Positions 56,960-64,000 of a DNA stretch of 64,000 bases are shown piece after piece. The DNA comes from an uncultured Desulfobacteraceae bacterium. Lineage in GTDB: Bacteria; Desulfobacterota; Desulfobacteria; Desulfobacterales; UBA11574. Made by a program: the position numbers and the translations under genes. Each line of letters opens with the position of its first letter. The first letter of the stretch is position 1. The stretch is taken from NCBI GenBank assembly GCA_964591175.1, contig CAZQAF010000001.1, forward strand, positions 12,879 to 76,878, read 5' to 3'. The notes under the pieces are model-generated. The model did not search any database, was not told the origin of the DNA, and worked only from the letters and a program-made list of their open reading frames with translations.

Positions 56960-59710
56960 ATGATACAGAAGAAACGGTTATGGGTTGTTGGAGGGCTGGT
57001 AATTATCGTTTTGGCTGCGCTGAGCTTGTTTATGCATTACTACGGCGATTGGCTTTGGTTCCAAAATTTGGGCTTTTCGCAGGTTTTTACCACGGTTTTG
57101 TGGGCAAAGTTCTTAGCTTTTGCAGCGTTTTTTATCATCTTTGCTATTTTTGCAGGGGTGAACATTTTTATCGCCAGAAAATGGGGGGCGCCGTCTCGAT
57201 CTCTCAGGACGGTTACGCCTCAATCACCGGTCACATCCCTGGATATTCTTTTTCAAGAGAAATACGCTCCCTATGTATGGGCCCTTATCGTCGTGTTCCT
57301 GTCCGGCATCATGGGTGTGAGTGCGTCCAACTCATGGATGACTTTTTTGCAGTTCATCCACAATTCTAAATTCGGGGTTTCGGATCCCATTTTTTCCAAA
57401 GATGTGGGCTTTTATGTCTTCAAGCTGCCGCTCTATAATTTTTTGCAGCAGTGGTGTTTATTTGCGTTGTTTTTTGTGATCGTCGCCGTCGGTCTCTCCT
57501 ATTATATGGATCAGGCCGTAGGGGTTCAGCAAAACCGGTTCTATTTTGATTCCAAGGCAAAGGTCCATCTGGTGGTGCTGGGCGGACTTTTTGCGCTGAG
57601 ACTCGCCTGGTCCTACTGGCTGAAAATTTACGGTCTGATGTATTCCAACAGCGGCGTCGCCTACGGGGCCAGTTACGCGGATGTCCATGCACAATTACCC
57701 GCCTACCGGGTTCTGTTGGTTTTGAGCGTTCTTGTGGCTATTTTGCTGTTTTTCATGCCCGTTCTGAAAAAATGGAAGTGGGTAATTTATGCCATCGGGA
57801 TTTATTTTGTGGTTCTGGTCAGCTTTTCCTGGATTTATCCGGGCATCATCGAGCAATATGTGGTGAAGCCCAATGAACTCACCAAGGAAACCCCCTACAT
57901 AGAGAACAATATCAAGTTCACCCGTCTTGCTTATGGTTTCAACAAGGCAAAGGAAGAGCCGTTTCCGATCAAGGACACCATGACATACAGCGATATTAAG
58001 AAAAACGAATCCACGATCCACAATATCCGGTTGTGGGATCGCCGGCCGCTGATTCAAACCTACAAGCAGCTTCAGGAAATCAGGCTTTACTACGATTTTA
58101 ACAGCGTGGATGTGGACCGTTACCATTTGAAAGGCAAGTACACGGAAGTCGCCCTTGCCGGAAGGGAACTGCCCGCGTCGCAGCTCCCCGCGCGTGCCAG
58201 AACCTGGGTCAATATGCACCTCGTTTACACCCATGGCTACGGGGTGGTCATGAGCCCCGTTAACGAATTCACTTCGGACGGTCTTCCCAATTTTATCGTC
58301 CAGGATATTCCGCCCCGCTCCAGCACTTCCATCGACATCACGCAGCCTGAAATCTACTATGGTGAAGAAACCAATGAATTTACCATCGTCCATACCACTA
58401 CCCAAGAATTCGATTATCCCAAAGGCGATCAGAATGCGTATACTTCATATCGTGGAAAAGGCGGCGTGCAGCTTTCCAGCTACTTCCGAAGACTGGTCTA
58501 CAGTCTGGATTTGTCCGATATCAATTTCATTCTGTCCCGCCATATCACAAATCAAAGCCGGGTCATGTTCCACCGCGTGATTACCGACCGGGACCGGACA
58601 ATAGCGCCGTTTCTTTCGTATGATTCGGATCCCTATTTGGTGGTGGGCGATAACGGTCATCTGTATTGGATTCATGACGCCTATACGACCACCAACATGT
58701 ATCCCTATTCGGAACCTGTGGTTCAGAGCCGTGAAAAGAACGGCATCAATTACATCCGAAACTCGGTCAAGGTCGTGATTGACGCTTACAACGGGGACGT
58801 TTCTTACTACATCATCGATCCTTCGGATCCCCTGGTTCAGACCTACAGTAAAATATTTCCCGTCTTGTTCAAACCGGCAAAAGACATGCCTAAATTTCTG
58901 AGGGCACATATCCGTTATCCCATGGATCTCTTTATCATCCAGGCACAAATGTACGCCACGTATCATATGACCGACCCGCAGGTTTTTTACAACCGGGAGG
59001 ATTTATGGAGCATCCCTCAGGAAATTTATGAGAATAAACAACAATCCATACTGCCTTATTACATCATTATGAAATTACCGGGTGCCCAAACAGAAGAATT
59101 CATCCTGATGCTTCCGCTGACGCCGTCGAAAAAAGATAATATGGTCGCCTGGATGTGCGCTCGCTGCGATGGCGACAATTATGGGCAGCTCCTGATCTAT
59201 ACACTGTCCAAAGAAAAGTTGATTTACGGTCCCATGCAGATCGAGGCGCGCATCAACCAGCAGCCGAGCATATCTTCGGAGCTGACGTTGTGGGGCCAGC
59301 AAGGCTCCAACGTGATTCGAGGAAATCTGCTCATCATCCCCATCGCCCATTCCTTTTTATACGTAGAGCCGGTTTATCTCCAGTCGGAACAGGGCCAGAT
59401 ACCGCAGTTGAAACGGGTGATCGCCGTTCAGAATGGACAGTTGGAAATGAGAAAGAACCTCGATGCGGCGCTGCGTGCAATCTTTTCCATTGAAGGCGTG
59501 CCGGAAAAGCAGCAACAAAAAGTGCTCAGCGGCCTGCCTGCCGGCCCCCTTTCCGACATGGCCCAACAGGCGCTCACTCACTACAACAAGGCTCTGGAAT
59601 ATCTCAAACAGGCCAACTGGCGCAAGTACGGCGATGAACTGGATCAAATCCATCAGATACTGCAGTCCATGGCAGGAAATAAAAAGGAAAGGCCGGCCGG
59701 GAAGAAATGA
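56960..59710 (+). CDS. UPF0182 family large membrane protein
   Basis: 916 aa; N-terminal multi-TM region beginning …YYGDWLWFQNLGFSQVF…, then a large soluble region (…VNMHLVYTHGYGVVMSPVN…). This matches my recollection of UPF0182. Confidence 0.75.
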   Translation: MIQKKRLWVVGGLVIIVLAALSLFMHYYGDWLWFQNLGFSQVFTTVLWAKFLAFAAFFIIFAIFAGVNIFIARKWGAPSRSLRTVTPQSPVTSLDILFQEKYAPYVWALIVVFLSGIMGVSASNSWMTFLQFIHNSKFGVSDPIFSKDVGFYVFKLPLYNFLQQWCLFALFFVIVAVGLSYYMDQAVGVQQNRFYFDSKAKVHLVVLGGLFALRLAWSYWLKIYGLMYSNSGVAYGASYADVHAQLPAYRVLLVLSVLVAILLFFMPVLKKWKWVIYAIGIYFVVLVSFSWIYPGIIEQYVVKPNELTKETPYIENNIKFTRLAYGFNKAKEEPFPIKDTMTYSDIKKNESTIHNIRLWDRRPLIQTYKQLQEIRLYYDFNSVDVDRYHLKGKYTEVALAGRELPASQLPARARTWVNMHLVYTHGYGVVMSPVNEFTSDGLPNFIVQDIPPRSSTSIDITQPEIYYGEETNEFTIVHTTTQEFDYPKGDQNAYTSYRGKGGVQLSSYFRRLVYSLDLSDINFILSRHITNQSRVMFHRVITDRDRTIAPFLSYDSDPYLVVGDNGHLYWIHDAYTTTNMYPYSEPVVQSREKNGINYIRNSVKVVIDAYNGDVSYYIIDPSDPLVQTYSKIFPVLFKPAKDMPKFLRAHIRYPMDLFIIQAQMYATYHMTDPQVFYNREDLWSIPQEIYENKQQSILPYYIIMKLPGAQTEEFILMLPLTPSKKDNMVAWMCARCDGDNYGQLLIYTLSKEKLIYGPMQIEARINQQPSISSELTLWGQQGSNVIRGNLLIIPIAHSFLYVEPVYLQSEQGQIPQLKRVIAVQNGQLEMRKNLDAALRAIFSIEGVPEKQQQKVLSGLPAGPLSDMAQQALTHYNKALEYLKQANWRKYGDELDQIHQILQSMAGNKKERPAGKK

Positions 59711-59756
59711 TGACGCAAGTGACGGCAAGATCATCTCGGACGATCTGTATCGATGC

Positions 59757-60977
59757 CTACATTATGATCGGCGCGTCTTTTGCTGCTTCGTATTGTTCCT
59801 TTCGAACAGGCCAATACCAGACGGCGCCGTCGGCAGCCATTAAAAAGCCTGCGATGATGAGGAATAAATCCACGATGGTCAACATGCTCAGGCCGAAGTA
59901 TTCGATAAGACCCAGCCCGATGCTCATGAAGGCAACGCCGGTGCGAATGAAGGAAAGGCCGGTTCTGGCACGCGCATAGATGGTCCGGTAACAGCCTTCC
60001 ACCGTACGTTGGGCCGCAAGGGCGTTTCTTTCATGGGCCAGAGAGGATCGCGCCTTGTTGTCCAAAGAGGGTTCGATGAACACGCAGCTGTTGGGAAGCA
60101 TGTCGGCAAGCCGTGCCAGCATGGTCCATTTTTCGGACGGCTTTTCCGGCTTTCTTTCGACATACTGATAGTTTTCGAGAAAATACAGGGTCGCTGCGGA
60201 TACCTCCACTAGGGTCTGGTGCTTCGGCGGACGCAAAATGGATCTTTTGATCCTAAAGTAGGTGGAGATCCCGACAAGGACGATGCAAAACCCCGACCCG
60301 ATCATCACCCAGTAAAGGGGAACCAAAGATGGGACCGGCCGGATACGCAGCAGTGCTCTGCCCAGCATGATGAGTCCCAATCCCCAGCGGAGCAGGCTGA
60401 GGTAGGTTCTGGCTCTGGCAAAATCGGTTCGATAGCAGGCCAGTTTCGTTCTCCAGCGGGCCATGGTATTGCGCCAGAAAGCAAGACCGGTTCGTTCATT
60501 GCCGATGATTTGTTCGGGAATGGAATTCAGAAAGTCCTGGATAAAGGCTCTGATGTCCTCTCCCAGAGCAACCCTGAATTCAAAGTCTTTTGCCGGGATG
60601 CATCTTTTGACTTCGTCGACCATCCGGGAATCCTGCGGGTCGCTCGCTGCAACCACAACCGTCTCGTGATCCTTGATGATGGGGAACCACTGGCCGGCAC
60701 AGAGCATATCGGCATCCAGTCCTGCCAGCAATTCCGGCGGCACGGGAAGTCTCTCGTCATATTCGGCCCACCGGCAATGATAGTACTCGGAAAGGGCCTC
60801 GAGAATTTTTCGCCGGGGAACATCATATTCGTGGCGAAGCACCCATTCCAATTCCATGTTGCGGCACACCGCATCATGGCTCTCCGCACGGAGTTCTTCC
60901 AGGCTTATCTCGCCGGCATCGACCAAATGCAAAAGCCTTTCCATCTCTTGCGGCGGCATGTCATTAGAGATCTTCAT
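59757..60977 (-). CDS. T2SSE_N (GspE/MshE N-terminal-like) domain fused to 2 x DUF202 membrane modules
   Basis: 406 aa; …ILEALSEYYHCRWAEYDERLPVPPELLAGLDADMLCAGQWFPIIKDHETVVVAASDPQDSRMVDEVKRCIP…FRVALGEDIRAFI (T2SSE_N pattern). DUF202-type ERT/RT motifs follow (GNERTGLAFWRNTMARWRTKLACYRTDFARARTYL; LAHERNALAAQRTVEGCYRTIYARARTGLSFIRTG), each followed by TM helices. Confidence 0.65.
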   Translation of the reverse strand: MKISNDMPPQEMERLLHLVDAGEISLEELRAESHDAVCRNMELEWVLRHEYDVPRRKILEALSEYYHCRWAEYDERLPVPPELLAGLDADMLCAGQWFPIIKDHETVVVAASDPQDSRMVDEVKRCIPAKDFEFRVALGEDIRAFIQDFLNSIPEQIIGNERTGLAFWRNTMARWRTKLACYRTDFARARTYLSLLRWGLGLIMLGRALLRIRPVPSLVPLYWVMIGSGFCIVLVGISTYFRIKRSILRPPKHQTLVEVSAATLYFLENYQYVERKPEKPSEKWTMLARLADMLPNSCVFIEPSLDNKARSSLAHERNALAAQRTVEGCYRTIYARARTGLSFIRTGVAFMSIGLGLIEYFGLSMLTIVDLFLIIAGFLMAADGAVWYWPVRKEQYEAAKDAPIIM

Positions 60978-62775
60978 GACTGAATATCACTTTCTTCCAT
61001 AACGGGGAGGGGGTTGCATACTCCGGGAACACGATTTCCATATCGGCAAAGCAATACGGAAACCCTTTTTTGGTCTTTTCTGCCGGCAGGTGCCAGTAAA
61101 AACCGTCCGCGATCAGGAACACTCCCACCAGTATCAGGGCTGCATTGTGAAGCGTCCACAGGAGATTGGCGGAGCCGAAGTAGACCTGAAGCCCCAAGCC
61201 TATGGAAAAAAAACTGGCCCCTGTTCTTATAAAAGACATACCGGTTCTTGACCGGGCCATGACGGTGCGAAGCCTCGACTTGACGTTGCGACGGTCGGCA
61301 ATCAGCGTCCTTTCCAGAGCGAGCCCCGTCGTTCCCCAAATCCCCGGGGCATGCGAGCCCTTGATGGTAAGGGTATGGGGAAGGTCGTCCAGATGAAGCC
61401 GCTTGTGAAACGGGCGGAACATGAAATCCCAGATGGACACTTTTCTCTGGATGTTTTTGATCGCCTCGGCGCTCACCTTGGATGTTTTTCGGCCCGGAAT
61501 ATACCAGTAAAAACCTTCCAATGTGATGGCAATGCCAATAAGAATGAGAACCAGATCAAAGATTCTCCATGCGCTGGCAGGGAACTGCCTCAGCAGCGCA
61601 ATCCCAAGGCCTGAAAATGCGATTCCCGTTCGCGTAAACGCCAGACCGGTGCGGGCACGCGCCATAATCGTACGATAATTGGCAAGGATGGTTCGTTCTT
61701 CGGCCAGATCGGTCCTGTCGATGGCCAAAAATCGCCGTTTCGTGACCGGTGTGAGACAGTTCCAACGCCTGCGAAGCGCCTCCGCACTTTCTATGGGCTG
61801 GGTTCGTTTAAAAGTGGGCTTGCCATCCTGATAATCGAATTCAAGAACGGTTGTCCCGAACGTGGGCTCTGTCGGAATATAATCGACCCGGGTCTTTTTC
61901 ACTTTTCTGGCCGGCAGATACCAAACGAGCCCGTCGACGAACATCACGATGCCAACCACCAGCATCAACGCTTCCAGTACATTCAGAATCCCCACGCCAA
62001 AAACCCTGAACAGCACCAGGGCAATGGACACGAAGGCCAGTCCGGTGCGGATAAACGCCAAACCGGTTCTGCCCTTGGCAAGAGACGTTCTATACTGGGC
62101 CAGCATCGTTCGCTGATCCGCCAGCCATGTTCGAAGCCTGGCAAGGGGTGTTCTTCCGGCCGACGGCGGAAAATTGTGGTTCACGTCCCGGCTGGTTTCA
62201 ATCATGAAACGGATGTCGGATGGCAGCGAAACCAGGAATCGAATCTCTGAAACATTCAGCATTTTTCTTGCTGCTTCGGCAACTACAGGATCCCGGGGAT
62301 CGGAAGCGGCAACGCAGGCTTTTTTCCCCCTTACCGAGATGGGGTACCAGCGCTTCTCCATGAGTTGATCCAGATCCAGCAACCGGATGACATCCGGTTC
62401 AACCTGGATCATCTCATCGTATTCCAAAGGGGCGACACCGTAATGATCCGAAAGAAGATTCAACACCTCATGCCTGGACACTTGCCGGTTTAAGATCAAT
62501 GTCTCCAGATATTCGACAGCGCCGGTTTGCTCTTTCAGTATCCTCTCCAGCGCTTCTTTGGCGATCCGTCCTCCAGCCGCTATTTCGGGAACATTTGGGC
62601 TTTGGGCATCTTTAGCTTGGGAACCTTGGGCCCCGTTCATTTTAACATTCATCGTCTCATTACTCATCATTTCCTCGTGCCGAAAAACAAGATCTGCGAA
62701 GCCGTTTATCCGGCCGGCCTTAATGTGCGCCATGATGGATTTATTTTCAAGCTCTGATTTTGTTCGGGCTCTCAC
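60964..62775 (-). CDS. T2SSE_N-like domain fused to 3 x DUF202 membrane modules (paralog of the downstream gene)
   Basis: 603 aa; …VLNLLSDHYGVAPLEYDEMIQVEPDVIRLLDLDQLMEKRWYPISVRGKKACVAASDPRDPVVAEAARKML…, then three repeats of the …L(A/I)xxRTxLAxYRTxxAxxRTGLAFxRTG… type with TM pairs. Has a 14-nt overlap with the downstream paralog. The start is uncertain (GTG 62775; ATG 62733 also possible). Confidence 0.65.
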   Translation of the reverse strand: MRARTKSELENKSIMAHIKAGRINGFADLVFRHEEMMSNETMNVKMNGAQGSQAKDAQSPNVPEIAAGGRIAKEALERILKEQTGAVEYLETLILNRQVSRHEVLNLLSDHYGVAPLEYDEMIQVEPDVIRLLDLDQLMEKRWYPISVRGKKACVAASDPRDPVVAEAARKMLNVSEIRFLVSLPSDIRFMIETSRDVNHNFPPSAGRTPLARLRTWLADQRTMLAQYRTSLAKGRTGLAFIRTGLAFVSIALVLFRVFGVGILNVLEALMLVVGIVMFVDGLVWYLPARKVKKTRVDYIPTEPTFGTTVLEFDYQDGKPTFKRTQPIESAEALRRRWNCLTPVTKRRFLAIDRTDLAEERTILANYRTIMARARTGLAFTRTGIAFSGLGIALLRQFPASAWRIFDLVLILIGIAITLEGFYWYIPGRKTSKVSAEAIKNIQRKVSIWDFMFRPFHKRLHLDDLPHTLTIKGSHAPGIWGTTGLALERTLIADRRNVKSRLRTVMARSRTGMSFIRTGASFFSIGLGLQVYFGSANLLWTLHNAALILVGVFLIADGFYWHLPAEKTKKGFPYCFADMEIVFPEYATPSPLWKKVIFSHEDL

Positions 62776-62912
62776 GGCACACCCTCGGGATGCTCATGCG
62801 ACGCCACTATGTCATTCCTGGCCGGCACGTTTACCGGCAGAAAAATGAGTTGTATATCACATTTCCACGAAAGCTGCAATTGCATCGGTTAATCTTCGCA
62901 GATCCAAAGGAA

Positions 62913-63055
62913 GTGTTCAGTGCTCAAAAGAAGTGTTCGGTGTTCAGTGTTCAGTGTTCAGGGATACAGAATTCAGGCAGGATAAATTTTTCGTTAAAAA
63001 TCTGCTCTTCGTATCGCGTGTAATTGCCCTTTCTGAACTCTGAACCCCTGAACAC
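62913..63055. repeat. GTGTTCA heptamer array with inverted TGAAC words
   Basis: GTGTTCA GTGCTCA aaagaa GTGTTCG GTGTTCA GTGTTCA GTGTTCA ggg (62913..62963). After about 70 nt comes tgaactc tgaaccc c tgaacac (63034..63055). gtgttcaggg and ccctgaacac form a perfect 10-bp inverted repeat. Confidence 0.7.
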
Positions 63056-63236
63056 TACAAGAACAAATCAATATTTTAATTGACAAATTTGTTTGAGATG
63101 ACCAGAATACTTACGTGTTGTTATGCTTATTTATTTTCGAACCGTCGCGGAATTTGGCTGTGAATTTTTAACGGAAATACAACATGTTGAAATGCTATGC
63201 GCCGATGTCATGGCTGTGTTCTGAGTTGAATATTTC

Positions 63237-64000
63237 ATGAAACTGGTCCATAAAATCATCCTGGGCAATGTCCTGGGTATTGTTACCATTGTCTTGATAT
63301 CGTTTTTTTCGTATCATGAGGTTAAGCTTATTCAGGCCAAATTGCGTTTTGTCGAGATAGCAGACAATCTCAATGCATCTTTTCTGGAGATGAGACTGTC
63401 GGAAAAGAACTATTTTTTGTACAAGGATCCGCTGGCGCTCCAGTCAATTAAGACGGAATTGCATGAGAGCGAACAAATGATCCGCAGCATGCGAGAAAAC
63501 ATCATCACGGCTGTAGGGATCGAAAATTTTAAAAAGCTCAATTCCAACCTCAAAGAATACGGAGAAGAGGTTGAAAAAATAGACATAAGCGGGAAAAATG
63601 TCAAAGTTTTGGAAGCCGGTATACGAGAGTCGGGCAGAGCTTTAAGGATGTTTTCCGAGAGCATCATAAAGCTTGAAAGAAACAAGGTTAATCAAATTAT
63701 TTCCGCTTCAAGTAAGGGGCTGCTTTATTTTTTCTGCCTGGTCCTGTTTGGGGCGACAACCAGCACATATTTATTTTTTTCAAAAATATTCAAGTCCCTC
63801 CGCCAAATTGAAAAAACGGCCAATTCCATATCCGAAGGAAACTTCCTTGAAACCGAATGCAAAATATCCAATGATGAACTGGGTTCCGCCATGCAGGCCA
63901 TCAACTCAATGTGCGTCGAACTTAAGACCCGGCATGAACAACTTATCCAGTCCAAAAAATTGGCGTCTATCGGGGTTCTCACGGCCGGCGTGGCCCATGA
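63237..64000 (+). CDS. sensor histidine kinase with HAMP domain, 5' part (runs off the right edge)
   Basis: Absent from the track because it has no stop in the window. Hand translation from ATG 63237 gives MKLVHKIILGNVLGIVTIVLISFFSYHEV… (TM1), a periplasmic or sensor stretch, TM2 (LLYFFCLVLFGATTSTYLFF), a HAMP-like segment (…SKIFKSLRQIEKTANSISEGNF…NDELGSAMQAINSM…) and an H-box onset, QSKKLASIGVLTAGVAH. Confidence 0.8.
   Translation, partial: MKLVHKIILGNVLGIVTIVLISFFSYHEVKLIQAKLRFVEIADNLNASFLEMRLSEKNYFLYKDPLALQSIKTELHESEQMIRSMRENIITAVGIENFKKLNSNLKEYGEEVEKIDISGKNVKVLEAGIRESGRALRMFSESIIKLERNKVNQIISASSKGLLYFFCLVLFGATTSTYLFFSKIFKSLRQIEKTANSISEGNFLETECKISNDELGSAMQAINSMCVELKTRHEQLIQSKKLASIGVLTAGVAH

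Noticed and set aside
57695-58405. 236-aa minus ORF, and likewise 58445..58966, 60219..60983 and 34843..35391
   Set aside because: Antisense to UPF0182, the T2SSE_N-DUF202 gene and the CooC-like gene respectively. No motifs.
1-64000. Search for CRISPR arrays, rRNA genes, IS elements, integrases and prophage genes
   Set aside because: I saw no regularly spaced 25-40-nt direct repeats, no rRNA-like sequence, and no transposase, integrase or phage-type ORFs. The only repeats are the short word arrays reported above.

Overview
This is a 64-kb chromosomal window from what looks like a Desulfobacterales-type (Desulfobacterota) sulfate reducer. That assignment is an inference from gene content; no search was possible.

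Layout:
1. 1-16.5 kb, all minus strand. A conserved translation and RNA-processing block: partial M16 peptidase, pnp, rpsO, truB, DHH phosphoesterase, rbfA, DUF503, infB, nusA, rimP and tRNA-Gly(CCC), then a MerR regulator, pheT, pheS, rplT, rpmI and infC.
2. 16.7-22.3 kb. A nucleoside deaminase, an HsdR_N-like protein, a dGTPase-like HD hydrolase, three cysteine-cluster (YkgJ/UPF0153-like) paralogs and an atypical SDR.
3. 22.9-31.8 kb. The dissimilatory sulfate-activation and APS-reduction core, aprBA-qmoABC, with a convergent sat.
4. 32-37.7 kb. YjbQ, a U32 peptidase-family protein, a CooC-like ATPase and a Ski2/HelY-like helicase.
5. 38.2-42.8 kb. A visibly GC-richer block holding DUF3300 + DUF2950 and a GH100-like hydrolase + sucrose-phosphatase-like HAD-IIB.
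6. 43.2-47.0 kb. A four-gene secreted redox module, the most interesting locus in the window. It encodes a Cyc2-like fused monoheme cytochrome/beta-barrel, a type-1-copper cupredoxin, a secreted unknown and a membrane-anchored diheme cytochrome c. It resembles the Acidithiobacillus rus operon without the oxidase.
7. 47.5-55.8 kb. A pentose-phosphate operon (tkt, fused tal-pgi, HAD, truncated gnd, zwf, pgl).
8. 56-64 kb. A SatP-type acetate channel, a UPF0182 membrane protein, two tandem T2SSE_N(MshEN-like)-DUF202 membrane paralogs and a partial HAMP histidine kinase.

No CRISPR array, rRNA, transposase or integrase was recognised. Several intergenic spacers carry short-word (often heptamer-phased) tandem arrays that switch to their reverse complement.

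The supplied ORF track uses the longest ATG/GTG/TTG ORFs and omits ORFs open at the window edges. Several starts were therefore re-called by hand and two edge genes were added. GC statements are by eye, not computed.
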